From Catajapyx aquilonaris (lineage: Eukaryota): a stretch of 64,000 bases of DNA. The stretch spans positions 1 to 64,000 of the forward strand of contig KZ538585.1 in NCBI GenBank assembly GCA_000934665.2, read 5' to 3'. The notes beneath the pieces were generated by a model that saw nothing but the letters and a program-made list of their open reading frames with translations, searched no databases and was not told the origin of the DNA. Of this stretch, positions 40,758 to 53,489 are shown one piece after another; the stretch's first letter is position 1, and each line of letters starts with the position of its first letter. The position numbers and the translations under genes are program-made.

Positions 40758-40814
40758 CTTAAATGTAAATTGGTAATTTTAACTAGTAATTAGACACGTA
40801 CGTAATTTTTCATT

Positions 40815-40853
40815 GACTAACCGAATGTCCTTTCTCTCCTTTCGCAGGTGAGT
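40815..40853 (+). other. Recursive splice site (ratchet point) RP2, junction 40847/40848
   Basis: Perfect branch point GACTAAC (40815-40821), tract TCCTTTCTCTCCTTTC, then GCAG|GTGAGT. Confidence 0.78.
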
Positions 40854-41908
40854 AATCTTCTCTTCTGATGCTGGAATCACGACGAGTCGCTTCATCTCGC
40901 CCGGGGGGTTGGTTTTTCGGAGGGTGTACCAAACTTTTTTGGGGACAACCCCCCCATAAGCGAAAGCTCTCCTGGAGTTCTATTATCTGGCCAGGAGAAC
41001 ATAGTAACGGCCGAGCTTTGCAAAAGCCAATTAATGAGGACTTTCACGCCGGTTGCGTCACACGTGATAAATGGGACAGACTTTTTTTATGGGAGGGGGG
41101 GGGGGGCGTCCCAGCAATTATTTCCGTATATTACACCTTCACTTCTGGGCCCCCTTGGCGTAATCTGGCCAAAATATTTGTGCACTATATTTTTTACGAT
41201 ACATCTCAGCAGATAGTACGTGATGTGGTAAGTGTTACCTGATCATTAATTTAACAGATTGCTTCCGACAATGTTACGTAACGGGCTATTTTTTAAAATA
41301 ATTTTTTTTAAATTATTCGTGTCACTCTATGCACGTAATATCTGCATGTGAAGAAACTTTCTCACGTGGACCTTGGTCTAGAAAAGAGGCCGGCGGGGGA
41401 AAACGTTGCGAAAGGACGTGGGCTGGACTTTTTGCAAACAAAAAAAAAGAAGTGCTGCTGGCAATTTTCTCTGGGTCAATGTTGCCCCTGTGTGTTAACA
41501 GTTAGGCTTGACCCCGCGGGGGGCACTTTCACCTCGGGAGAATACAACAAGTACGCTCAATCCACTCTGATGGAGGGCAGGGACAAACATACGCATTGCC
41601 ACGAGACAGTACAGTATGGTTGTGGCTCCATACCTATATAGAGAAGATACTTTCACCGAAATCGAGTCACGACCTGCACAATTTCGATTGCCTATACCTT
41701 CCTTCACATCAGAGGGACAGGTGATCGTTTGGGTTCGTCGTACCCGTGTACTGGTTTTCCGCCACGGTTCCTCTCAAAAAGCCAAAAGTGTGGGTGGGTT
41801 TAACACTTACAGCCCAACTCCCACACTTGCACGATTAACGTGTTGAGTTAAATAATTAAATGCGGCAGGGGGATTTAAGTCTGTGCAAAATTTATATGAT
41901 TGCGTCAG

Positions 41909-42087
41909 ATTATTGGGATAGGATAGGAAAGAGGCGGCTGTGGCCTATTAGTTTAGGAAACAACTCCGGAATTCTCCTGGAGGAACCGTGGGAAACCACA
42001 GAAAACCACGGTTAGAGTTGCCGGCACCGGGATTCGAACCCAGGACCTCCCGATTAGCAGTCGGATACCATATCCCCACTGCTTCGG
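41909..42087 (-). mobile_element. tRNA-derived SINE with a 14-bp target-site duplication
   Basis: Minus strand has the B box GGTTCGAATCCC and a GGTTTTCTGTGGTTTCCC..CCAGGAGAATTCCGG..TAGGCCACAGCCGC body recalling insect Lm1/Talua-type SINEs (from memory). TSD TATGATTGCGTCAG lies at 41895-41908 and 42088-42101. Confidence 0.85.
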
Positions 42088-42139
42088 TATGATTGCGTCA
42101 GTTACGCTATGGAATAGTCTGCTTTAATATTTAGGCCAC

Positions 42140-42425
42140 AAACTTTGCGCAAAAAAGCGACAAATATTTTGTAGACTACATCCAGTAATTTCTGACGCTA
42201 TAATGCATTAAAATGTGACTTTAAAGCACTTTACAAATATGCTGTGAAATATATGTGTAAACATTTTTTTAAACTGAAAATGGTATGTTCTAATATGGGT
42301 CTCGGAATTTGCAAGAAAAAAAGCGCCAAACCGTTTGTAGACTACATCAATAAGTCATATCTGACTTAAAAATCATAAGTGTGAATTTAAAACATTTTTT
42401 AAATGTGTGAAATATTTGTTTAAAA
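42140..42425. repeat. Diverged ~165-bp tandem duplication
   Basis: AAAAAAGCG.CAAA..TTTGTAGACTACATC..TCTGAC..TGTGA.TTTAAA..GTGAAATAT occurs twice. Confidence 0.7.
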
Positions 42426-42533
42426 AAAAATACCGAATAATATTATTCGGTATATTATTCGGTTCTTAAAATAAGACTACATAATTGGAAAATTTAAAAA
42501 AAACACTAAAATTCAATTGAAAGGGGAGCGCCA

Positions 42534-42618
42534 TGATGGATTATTCACGCCAGCTGCGCATGCGCATTCCAGCCAGCCTGTGAAATGCGCATGCTCTGCT
42601 GGAGTGACAAATCCATCA
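42534..42618. repeat. Imperfect ~85-bp hairpin
   Basis: TGATGGAT..TCAC.CCAGC.G.GCATGCGCATT / AATGCGCATGC.C.GCTGG.GTGA..ATCCATCA. Confidence 0.65.
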
Positions 42619-45029
42619 CATTTTTTTACTCCTTGAAATTTATCCTTCATTTTTTCCCCGAATTTTTTTTAACGAACTTGTAGCATGTTAGGACATATCT
42701 GGCCGCGTTTCAAGTGGCCCTCGGATGCAATGCATGCCTCGGTATTGCATAGCGGCAATCAGCTTTCGCTTCCCAGCAACCTCCGCATGCAGGCCGATGC
42801 CCTCAGGAAAGGTCTGGGTCACTCGAGTGACATTTGAAAAAATAAAAAAAATAAACGGGGGCTTCCCATTGGCCAGCCTCTCTCACCAGCAACCTTTCTA
42901 GGTCACGTAAGAGCTACGACCCCTTTTTATAATATGTGCTGGGGCCTGCAAGTCAGGAAGACTTCGAGGGGGAACGTTACAACAAAAAAAAGGAGACTTG
43001 TTGCATCATGATTCTCAATGTGAAAGTCAACCAGTACCAAGTTACGTCTCAAGAGAAGGTCCAATTAATTCGTGTGACGTCATTTGAGTGGGTCACACCT
43101 TTTTCTTGTCGTCTCGTCTCGCAGCCATTCCCATTGCGAGAGGTGGAAAAAAGGGAGCAGGAAAAAAATTTGGGTATAAATAATTGTATCTTTGAAAGTT
43201 TGAGAAGAGGAAAGGTCAGTTTCGTCATTTGCCTTTTGGCAGAATGGACACCCTTCTTTTTTATTGCAATGGGTGGGCGGAAGGTGGAGGACTAGATTTG
43301 TGAAGAAGAAGAAAAAAAATGAGGAGGAGGAGGAAGAACAGCGGGTCGTCCAGATCTGCTTGGCTTCCTGCTTATGTCTGCAAAGTGAAAGTGAAAAGAT
43401 TAAATGGAACACTGTTCACATGCTCTTGGAAGGAAGGGGGGGAAGGGCACTCGACCGATCATTTTTGCTGGATTTTGCACGTTTTTTCCCCCCTTGAAAA
43501 TTTAAACATGGCCACGTTCCCATCGCAGTGATAATTCTTTTTAAGTAATACAGATTTGAATGAAGTCGCTGTAAAAATTATGCGTGACACGTTCAGCATT
43601 ACATGCTATTACATAATAGAAAGACATATATTAATGTGTAATTTGATAAAATATTATTCGTGTATTGCCAGAAGGTAACCGTTATTTTGTATTTAAGTTA
43701 TGGGTAGTGACTGAATCAATAAGTGAAAGAAACATAAATTTAATCCATAAGCTGCATTTTAGTGCTTTTGTCCACTCATTGTACACCGTAATATTATCGA
43801 TTTTTTGAGCATAAATTTTCTCCCAATCGACCAATTTTAATAGCCTATATTCTTAAAAAAGTCTGCGCCAATTCGAGCCAAATGTGATTGAAATATTACT
43901 CTAAAATAGCGCTAGTTAGAAGACTCAAACATGACAGGATACATCAGCTAAATTTCGCGTATATTTAATACAGCGGTAGTCGATATCATCCCGTGGTAAA
44001 GCCCTTTTAGCGTTTCATAAATCAGTTTGCATCATACATTGTGATGTCTTAATTCACTAAAAAAGGGTCATGCAACACGTGATAATAAAAGCCCTGAGGG
44101 CTGCCCGAGGTCGTGCGAGTCACAATGCTGCCTCTTTATCCTCCAGAAATATGCGTCATACTTTTTTTTGTTTAATTTGAGGCATATCAAAAGTAATTAC
44201 GTTATATATTATCTGTGATTCACTCATAATGTACCTTTCTTTGGCTGGTAGCTGCCATTGACCTTTTACCTTGGCCCTTTGTCCTGTTGGTTTTGAAAGC
44301 TACTCTGACCGATAGAGTGCAGACTGCGCAAAAATATCATGGCACAAGCAATGCTGCACATGCATCGACACGACTCGAAAATTCCAGACAATTCCTTGAC
44401 CGTGAACAGGTATATCGCAATACCCGTATATAAAAAGGCATGAACTTTGGCCTCTCTATAGTGATCTTGCCATAATGTGCGTCGTCTTAATCGCTTCTGT
44501 GAAATGCACTTCTCCTTTCAAAAAGACTGAAGTGAAGTCCTGTCAAAAAGAGAAACTTTCTCCCCGCACCCCGGAAGAGAAACCCTTCCTGCTTCTTCTT
44601 CTTCTTCCTTCTCCATCCCTGCATTCAAGTCTCTCCCTCATCTCCCAGAGGCTGAAGAATGGTCAGGGATCTTGCCTCTCTTTTTTCTTTTCTTCCTTGC
44701 CCAGCAAGGGGCGGCCACGTGTCATTTTTTGTGTGTTCACTTCTTGGTAAGGAAGAAGAAGAAGAAGAGTCATCTTGTGCCCCACTAGTCGGAGGAGAAA
44801 GTGATCGTGCTGTGTCAGATCCCATTATAGGATCACTATTGGTTCCGCCCAAATTCAAAAGGAGACAGGTCATCCACCTGGAGAAGTGTTGGAATGTTTT
44901 TGAGAAAAATGCTATTATGCCGGATTTCCCCCCATAAGCTATTCCTTCCTGTTGCTGAGGCAATGACGAAGCCTGCGCAATTTCGGCCAATATGTCTACA
45001 TCAACGACACATTAAACATTATTTTAAAT

Positions 45030-45380
45030 ATATTTGTTGGCAAATATGAAGCGAATTTTTCGCTGACGAAACTGAAGCAAATACCTGCAGATTCGGACAA
45101 AATGCCCAAATTAACAACACATGAAACATGATTTTGAATTTATTTATTGGCTCGCGTGAAATGAATTTTTTGTCGACTATTTTTGACCACATATCATAGT
45201 CTTCAATAATTTCGTGCCACTTTTGCCATTACGCATTATTGCGCATTTATATGTTGGCTCGTATGAAGTGAATTTTTCGCCTGCGAAACTGAGGCAAATA
45301 CCTTCAAAATGCCCAGGTAAACGACATATAAAACATGATTTTGAATTCATTTGTAGGTTCATGAATTTTTTGTCGACTAA
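45030..45380. repeat. Diverged direct duplication (~150 bp)
   Basis: TGTTGGC..TATGAAG.GAATTTTTCGC..CGAAACTGA.GCAAATACCT..AAACATGATTTTGAATT..ATGAATTTTTTGTCGACTA at ~45035 and ~45252. Confidence 0.8.
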
Positions 45381-45704
45381 ACTATTTAATGGGTACATAT
45401 CCCATTCTTCACGAATCGATTTATTAGTTGGTGCCATTTTTGGCAATTCTTGATGGTTGATGTGCAATTTGGGCATTCGATAGATATTCATTTAATATCT
45501 ATGGGGTATATCCTATATACTATTTGAGGAAGCCACATGTGGTGGGCATGAAAGAGAAAGAGGGAAGAAGTAAAAAGAGAGAGAGAGAAAAGAGGAGGAG
45601 GGTTGGTTGCTAAGGTGAGGTGAGGAGGAGGGGGTAGTAGAGTAGTAGTAGCGAAGGTGAGAGTGGGGCCAAGTGGGCCTGGGCCTCGGCCATGCCTTGG
45701 GCTG

Positions 45705-45899
45705 CCAGTCGGTGCCCTACTTTGGTGCCGAGCGGCTGCCCTTTTCCATACACTCCGGGATAAGTAGTGACCTTAAAGGATTACCAAGGTGGAAATAATT
45801 ACACAAAAAGAGAGAAGTGCGCGAATGTGTGACTATAGTGAAGTAGTGATTTATCTGTGAGTCCCAGGAGACCAACATGTTGTGGGAGGCACGTCATAG
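45705..45899 (+). other. Candidate further alternative first exon
   Basis: Purine-rich upstream tract, Inr-like CCAGTC at 45705, donor TAG|GTGAGT at 45900. CAACATG at 45877 gives MLWEARH (phase 2). Confidence 0.35.
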
Positions 45900-46091
45900 G
45901 TGAGTTTTCTGGGTCTCTAGGCTACCGGTGCAACAAGGGTTAATCACCCCTCGCGTGGGTCTCATGCTCCTCTAGTACAGACCCCACAAAGTCCAATCAA
46001 TATTGATCAGGATCATATCAATTAATATCTATAAATAACGTTCAGTCATAGTTATCCAAAAGTTCGTCTAAATTTGTGCACGATGACTACC

Positions 46092-46092
<1 letters not shown>

Positions 46093-46160
<68 letters not shown>

Positions 46161-46455
46161 GTTATTATGATTATGATTATGAATGGCACCGTTAGACGTA
46201 AAAAAATGAAGGTAAGAGCTGTGGGTGTGCAGTGCAGCATCATGGCAGGATTAAACCGTTGCACAAAAGCACAGTTTTCACTTTCTCACTAGCCAGGGTC
46301 AGGGGAGGTCATACAATGCGCCGTACTTTTTTGTTTCGAGGCCACAGGTTTTAAATACATTTGCTGGCTGCATCGCATTAGCTATCGTTTTTTTTACTAC
46401 CGGTTGTCTTCGTTACCTGTGCCCAATTATGGGGACACCACGACCTCGTTAGGTT

Positions 46456-46526
<71 letters not shown>
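46093..46526. repeat. (ATT)n at 46093-46160 and (AAT)n at 46459-46526 in inverted orientation
   Basis: Read directly. Confidence 0.95.
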
Positions 46527-47432
46527 GGCTAATAATAATAATTAATAATGGGTCATACCTAATAATTCGTCAATTGCGAATAATTTGGGAATCGAACTTG
46601 GGACATTGCAGGTGGTTTTGCCACCTTGCTAATTACTTTAAATTGAATCGGTTGCACATGCAGGTGGAGAGAGAGGCGAGGTGCGGATGACCTTTGACCA
46701 GTTCCAGGGATTTCAAGCGAAATAAAGTGGCAGGCAAGGTGTGAAAAAGGTCTGAATGGCCTTGAAAGCCTTCGTTTAATGAACGCGGCTCTTGAAAGTA
46801 TGGAAGGATTTTTTATTAAACGATGGACACTATGTCGTGCTTTGGTTGTCCTTCCGGTAGCTACATATGTGTACTTGGGGCAGTGTACAGAGTACGTGCG
46901 AAAAAACGTGTGAGTCACAGCCCGTTGTGTTGCTATAATTTGTACAACTGATTACTGGAAGCTGGCCTGGCTGTATGATAAGACTGTATGGTAATAACCC
47001 TGCTGATTACGCCAGCTGACTTGTACATTGTATAGCTTACATCATGTAGAGGTCACGACGAGGGGTCAAGAATCTCAACAGATGTCTCTTGACCGCTGTA
47101 ATATGTAGGGTATTGCTGCACGTGATAATGACTCCTAAACGTCATAACACTGTAATAGAGAGGCGTATCATGTCAGCTATGCGTATTTTTATCCGAGCCA
47201 CACGGCGACCTTGCAAATTTTACGACCAAATATTTGCTGACTCACCTTATCTCTCTGAAAACAAAATCATTACAAAATTTGTCGCACTTTAACTCTGACT
47301 AAAATGTGTTTTAGTCTTCTCAGCACACTTAATTGACAAAGCCAATATACACCCAATTTTATCTCGATTATTACGAGAAAAAAGAGCAGACTCGTGTCCG
47401 TCACTGACATGTGATGTATGTCCGGCTGTGTG

Positions 47433-47520
47433 TATAATATAAATGGAAGAGTTTGTATGTCCGGGCTACCTAACCCACTTTCAGACTACGGAGAGAGCTG
47501 AAACTTGGAATACTGATGGC
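47433..47520 (+). mobile_element. Helitron-like 5' fragment
   Basis: TATAAATGGAAGAGTTTGTATGTCCGGGCTACCTAACCCACTTTCAGACTAC matches 35455-35587. Confidence 0.55.
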
Positions 47521-48418
47521 AAACCGTTCCATTTTTTTTGGGGGGGGGGGGAATTCGTAAAAACCACGAATATTTTGGTATAGTAAGGCGAATTATGGAC
47601 ACATTTACACACTTGTTATTCATACAGTATGTACCTTATTATTTAAAGTTGTTGTTGATTATTCCCTCGGGCACCACCGTGTATTTATTTAAATTCGGTA
47701 ATTATTGTCGAGCGTGATGGACCACCTTGTGAGAGTCAGAAATTATTCAGCGACCAATTAACTATAACAATCGCATTTGCACATATCCGACGGTTGGACT
47801 ATTTGCATTGCGTCACAATAATTACGCAGCGTGCCATGTGTGCTTAGTGTAATATTAGAGTGTTATTTCTCACGTGACGTGACGATTTGCACCGAGTTTA
47901 AGTGCCACTTCCTCTTCATCATCCTTCCAAATGTTTCCTTCCTTCCTTCCTATTCCTCGCAGGGGGAAAAGATCTAAAGAGGAAGGACAGGTGGCCTCCG
48001 AGGTTTCTCGTGTGTGTGTGAAAAGATGACCAAGAGATAACGACCTCTTCCCTCCCCACCTGAACAGCACAGTACCTGAAATCCGTTGACGCAATTACGC
48101 CTAATTCGATATACCCTAATTGAAGGGTTGCTGTTTTTTAAACACAGAATTCAGGATGAAAATGGGCAGCTTGTGAATTTTTTTTAACGCACATTTCAGT
48201 GCGACTCCAACCCTCATCAAGTTCAGATAACCCGTTTTTTGTGGTTGGAGGGCACAGACAGGCGGAAATGCCAGAACTATCAAGTGCATTTTCACCTGCC
48301 CGTTTCCTTGTACAGCACACCTTGGGTTGTTTCACCACAAGGTCATCTTTTCTTCTCTCCGCCAACTCGTCACCTTCGCTGGTATAGAGCACGAGTGGCA
48401 GCCTCTGCCTGTCAACTA

Positions 48419-48544
48419 CAGGGTGTCGCATGCCCCAAAATAGTCGATAAAATAACCCGATGCGAGATATTTGTCACATTTTGGTCAACTTTCAATTTCG
48501 ACAATTCACGACACATTTAAGACATAACCTTTTGGCTCACCCTG
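48419..48544. mobile_element. TA-CAGGGTG...CACCCTG-TA mariner-like mini element
   Basis: 7-bp terminal inverted repeats with TA flanks. Confidence 0.55.
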
Positions 48545-49639
48545 TACCTAGACAATAGGGTGCAGGTGCGGTACAGAAAAACAAAAGAGTTTTGCCCGCA
48601 AGCCTACCCCCTTTGTGACTTGAATGAACGAATGAGCGGTGAGCACGAGACGAAAAAAAACCCCTTCCATCAACTTAGAAGAAACAGAGAGAGAGAGAAA
48701 AAAACAATGGCCCACTTCAAGACGCCTAATTTTCATCATCCCCCTTCTTTTTTTCCTCCCCCTTTCGGTTTTTGTCTAACCTTGATTGGTGTCAAGGCCT
48801 ATAGCAGCTGCTAGGCCTCAGGCAGCCTACTATTATAACCAGCAGCCTATGATGAATCGCACGCTGAAAAAGGAAGGGCAGGTGGAGGAGGCCTGACATT
48901 ACAAATGCCTAATATTAGCAACTAATATTTTCGCTATAGCTGTTGGAAATGAACTGCTCGAAAATAGTCACACTAATAATAGTTGGTGCCAAACAATTTA
49001 TTAGCATAATTTAATATTTACGTTGCTTATAGTGTGCGCAGATTTTTTTAAAAAATTTTTTGGAACACCCTGTAGATGGGCACATATAATTGGCCGTGTC
49101 CCCTGTGAAGATGAGAGGAAATTCCGACCGATCCAAGCTTGAGGAAACTGGGGTTCAATGAAGTGTGAAGCAGTGTGATGCATGGCGGAACCATTTTTCA
49201 CCAATCACGTCTCTTGGCATTAAAAAAAAAAATCTTTAAGGTATTGGGGGGGGGGGGGGNGGGGACCGACAGAAAGAAAATTTTCCCAACAATCGATCAA
49301 ATTTTGCCATGGGGGTGCTCCCTTTCGTTGTTCTCAAAGAAAAAAAAATGAGTCTTACCTTGCATAAAGTAGGAAGGAACCCACCTATTTTGAAGCAGAA
49401 GAAGAAGAAGAAAAAAAGTTCTAACGGTGGTTTGTGATTTGATGACTCTCCGTTTTTGTTTATTAGCCTCTAGCCTAGTTAGGTGTCCCGTTAAAATTTT
49501 TACGAGAGGAAAGCATTCTTCTTGTTGTTTACATCTTTGTAAAAAAAAAGAAAAGAAGTTCAGAGCACATGAGGAATGTGCAGGTGCACTGAACAGATGT
49601 CAAAACTTGGCAACACTGCTCGGGATGTCCATGATTCGC

Positions 49640-49713
49640 TCGTAGATGGCGCAACCTCCCTTTCTGCACACTGCTGCCACTCTCAGGGTTATACGATGGG
49701 TAGTGGTACTACA
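49640..49713. mobile_element. Repeat family C copy
   Basis: Matches 36750-36820. Confidence 0.7.
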
Positions 49714-49719
49714 GATGAA

Positions 49720-49905
49720 AATTTTTAATGAACGGAAATGAGTGCGCAGGGTTCACATTATCAACGATACTGTAGCTGGTAAGCTCTGTGGGTATACTGC
49801 GCTGCACTTATTTCCAACGCTACGTTTGCGACGTTGTCAACGTTGTCGGAACAATGGAGCTGCGCGAGTGTGGGTGCGCACTCGGTTGGGCTCGTAAAAA
49901 AAAAT
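49720..49905. mobile_element. MITE family B, copy 2
   Basis: TATTTCCAACGCTACG..ATGGAGCTGCGCGAGTGTGGGTGCGCACTCGGTTG matches 2707-2870. Confidence 0.75.
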
Positions 49906-50929
49906 CGTCTACATCACTTACACTGTATGAGGTCAGGGCGTAGCATAGTGTTGCCCTTATTCTCTCCCAATTGCCGTCCTCCACACACATGCACTCATGG
50001 TCCCCCAGCATATGTATAGATGAATGGCACGGCTATATAACTAATTGCTATAGGCCCCCATATACATCAATGGTGGAAGTTGAGTGGAGGTTTCCCTTTT
50101 GGCAGCCCGACTTCCAAAGAAACACTCTCTGGAAGGGAGCCCACAGGTGATGGAACCCGTCCAAAATCAGCACCGTTCTCCTCTTTTCGTGCATAGTCAC
50201 TTTCTGCTATTTCCAATCCTGAATTTTTGCAACCAGTTTTACTGTACATTGCAGATTAAGTTTGTACCAATAATTGTAGGGTTCACGTATTAAGCTGCTT
50301 ACTTATAGATCATTAGTTGCTAATATCTTCAAAATGGCTGCTTACAATTGGGGACATAACTTTTTTTTTAAAATTACGACATAATGAGTAATTGTTTGCA
50401 TCATTGTTTGCTCCAGAATCTAGTGTAAATAAAGAAGCAACACCTTGTACATACAGTGAGTGTTACGACAGGTGACGTTTTTTTTGGCATGTTTGTGGGG
50501 ATTAGCAACTAAAAAGGTCGCGCGTCAAAGTTTGTGCGCATAATAATTTTTAGTCGTTATCGGTCGTGGTTGGTGCAATAGGCCGTTGGCTCCGGCCAAA
50601 AAAGATAATTGTTTGCAGAGTGAGAAAACCGGAAAAAGTTGGGTACAACACTCCCTCGCGAGATAATGAAAACTAGTGCTATAATAGATTCATTACGCAT
50701 GCACCGCCTGCACTCACTGTGAGAGCTATACACTTGATTATCCTTTTATTTTTGTAAGCAGAGATGTTACAATATTTCGGCAACCCTGATCGGCCAGTCT
50801 GACATTAAAAGCAATTCTTGACCAAAGTTGTCCCGTGTGAACGAGCCTCTTTTGGACACGGAGCACACCGAAGGTTGCAATAATTGAAATGCTGTAGTAG
50901 TTGTCAGCAATTTTTTGGGCATTAACATC

Positions 50930-51620
50930 GTATATTTTAACCAGTTATTTAAGCGGCTATAAAAAGTATTGATTAGATTTGCTAAACTCTAATATTAGAT
51001 AGCCAACTAAAAGTAACTGTTTAAAATATGCAACTTGGTGCCCAAAAACCGCTAACCAGTACGGTGAGGCAACAAAAATAGATCATAGGCCTCCCTTCAT
51101 CGCTAGCTAATATTTCTGATAGCAACTAAAAGTAACTGCTTAAAAATATAGGGTCAAAAATCGCTAACCACAAGCATAACAAAATGTAGATCTTGACCTG
51201 CCTTCAGCGCTACAGTTATCGTGACCTGAGTATAGCATCTTAGAATACTCTTTTGATAGCAACTAAAAGCAACTGCTTTAAAAAAAAGGGAGGGACAGAG
51301 TGCCGAAAAGTGCTATAGAGATCAATATGGCCATGACTTCAGTGCTACAGTTATCGTGACCTCAGTATAGCAGCTAATACTATTTTGATGTCAACTAAAA
51401 GCAACTGCTTAAAAAGGGGGTACATAGTGCCGAAAATTGCTATAGAGATCATCAGATCAGCGCTACAGTTATCGTGATTTGAGAATAGCAGCTAATACTT
51501 TTGATGGCAATTAAAAGTAACTGATTAAAATGTGTATAGTGCCAATGCGGATCATATGACATATACGGTGTGCCTTCCAGCGCTACAGTTATCGTGACTT
51601 GAGTGTAGCAGCTAATAGTT
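50930..51620. repeat. Tandem repeat of ~115-135 bp, 5-6 diverged units; orphan copy near 55868-55898
   Basis: CAG(C/T)GCTACAGTTATCGTGA occurs four times in the array, and GCAACTAAAAG(T/C)AACTG recurs. Confidence 0.85.
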
Positions 51621-52493
51621 GAGAGAGTCACTGAAGCTAATATTGGACACAATGCGCCTCTGAGGCCAAATGCACTACGTGTGAACGACCCGAACTGCCC
51701 TAGTCCAACTGAACATGCATGACGGGAGTTTCTGATGAATTCCTGGAAGCCCCAAACCCCGAAATAATCGAGTGCTACAGGTTGTTTTTTTTATTATATT
51801 ATTAACTATAGAGAAGTGGCATGTCGTGACGTCAGACAATCCGTGACAAGCCAAACGGGACTTGGCATATACACGCAGGGGGGTGGCCAGGGAAGGAAAA
51901 ATTTATTCAAATATAGCGAAAGACATGTTTCTATTTTTATGCCCGAATAATCGCTCCCAGTTTATATTTCTAGAGCTATAGACAGTTTAGGGGGGTGGGT
52001 GGGGAAAAGGTCAATGACTCCTTATCGAAAAAGACAGGGTTTGTCCTTTGCTATCACCCATTTTTTTTTTTTTTTTCGTTCTGTCTCTCTTCTTCACCCC
52101 CACACCCTCTATACCCCCCTCACCTTTTTTTTGTGGGGGCCTTCCGCCTGTCAGGACAAAGACCCGAAGAGTGGGGGAGGGACACATTAGTTGGAAGCCA
52201 GTCGGGATCATTGCGAGACTTGAGCGATTTTCGTTCATGAATGGAAACCTGTCGCTGGACTCAGTCGCTATTCCGGACCACACATGCCGAAGGTTATCTG
52301 CGATGCCCAAAACGTGAGCACAAAATTTTGCCCCAAAAAATAATAATCAGTAGGTCTACATACACAAAAGTGTACATAAAAAATAATAATCCGTACAGGA
52401 TGTATATGTTTCGCGATTTTTCGCACAAAGCTCGTTACCCTTAGCCATTAAAAACTTAAAAGGTGCCGCTATTCGTCCTAATAATATACGGTA

Positions 52494-52606
52494 GGGTTGA
52501 ATTTTCGTCCCACTGCTACTGCTAGCTTAGCGATACCAGTGTTGCCAATGGTATAGGGGCTACTGCTAAGTTAGTAGTTGCTAGCAGTGGGACGAAAATT
52601 CCACCC
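52494..52606. mobile_element. MITE family A, copy 2
   Basis: GGGTTGAATTTTCGTCCCACTGCTA / TAGCAGTGGGACGAAAATTCCACCC. Confidence 0.82.
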
Positions 52607-53304
52607 ATAATTTTTAATTTAATATAAAAGGGTTGTTCCGTGGCTTCGTACAGGGTAGACAAGAATGTGCTAAGAGGAAAGGGGTTGCCCACAGAGTACG
52701 TCACAGTGGTAGGGGGTTGATGCGAGAGTGACACACCGTGACATGGAGGAGGGTTTGGTCCGTGTTACGTCCGTGTAAGGCATACAGTGAAATTTAGTAA
52801 ACTAGAACTGGTCAATTGATAAATATTAACATTTAACAATAATTCGTAGCAAAATCGAGCAATTAATTGTATAAAATTTAGCAATTAATTGTAACAACAT
52901 TTAGTGATAATTAGGAACAAAATGCAACAATTTCTTAGTAAAGAAATGAGTCATAATGAGGGAATACAGTACAGAAATGACGTGCACTGTATATTCTCGT
53001 GTGTACTGTATATGGCAGCAGGCTACTTTTTCTTAATTGAGGGGTGTCAGACCCAGTGTGACTATACGCGACGTGGGGGGTACGGTGGAGGTCGAGCAAA
53101 GCCACCCAGTCAAGGTGACATACACAGGGAAAAAAAAGTCCAGGTGCAATAAACTTAAAAATTCGGGTGACAACTAAACGCTCCTGATTGGCTGGTAACA
53201 TTTATTCAGCTGGCCATATTTACCTGGCAACATTTAGTCAGCTGGCAACATTTGCTTTCTTCACCTGGCAACATTTGCTCTCCTTCATCTGGCACCCTGA
53301 TACC

Positions 53305-53489
53305 ACCCTGTCACACAGAGTGTACTCTATAAAAAATAAACAAATAAAAAATGCAAATAAAATGTTGTGGAAATGGATAGGTTTATATTTAAAAATATAT
53401 CCCTACCCATGTCCGTAACATTTTATACATTTAATTAATTAATTAATTTTAGTTTTAATTTATAGAGTACACGCTCTGTGGGACAGGGT
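53305..53489. mobile_element. Palindromic MITE (~185 bp)
   Basis: ACCCTGTCACACAGAGTGTACTCTATAAA / TTTATAGAGTACACGCTCTGTGGGACAGGGT, plus inner arms. Confidence 0.78.

Noticed and set aside
42020..42087. tRNA gene
   Set aside because: A B box is present but there is no intact cloverleaf; TSD flanks indicate a SINE head.
44427..44752. TATATAAAAAGG followed by a 91-aa ORF and TG|GTAAGG
   Set aside because: The peptide is low-complexity and several similar TATA words occur in the window; support is insufficient.
50930..51620. CRISPR-like repeat-spacer pattern
   Set aside because: The intervening sequences are homologous to each other, the context is eukaryotic and there are no cas genes.
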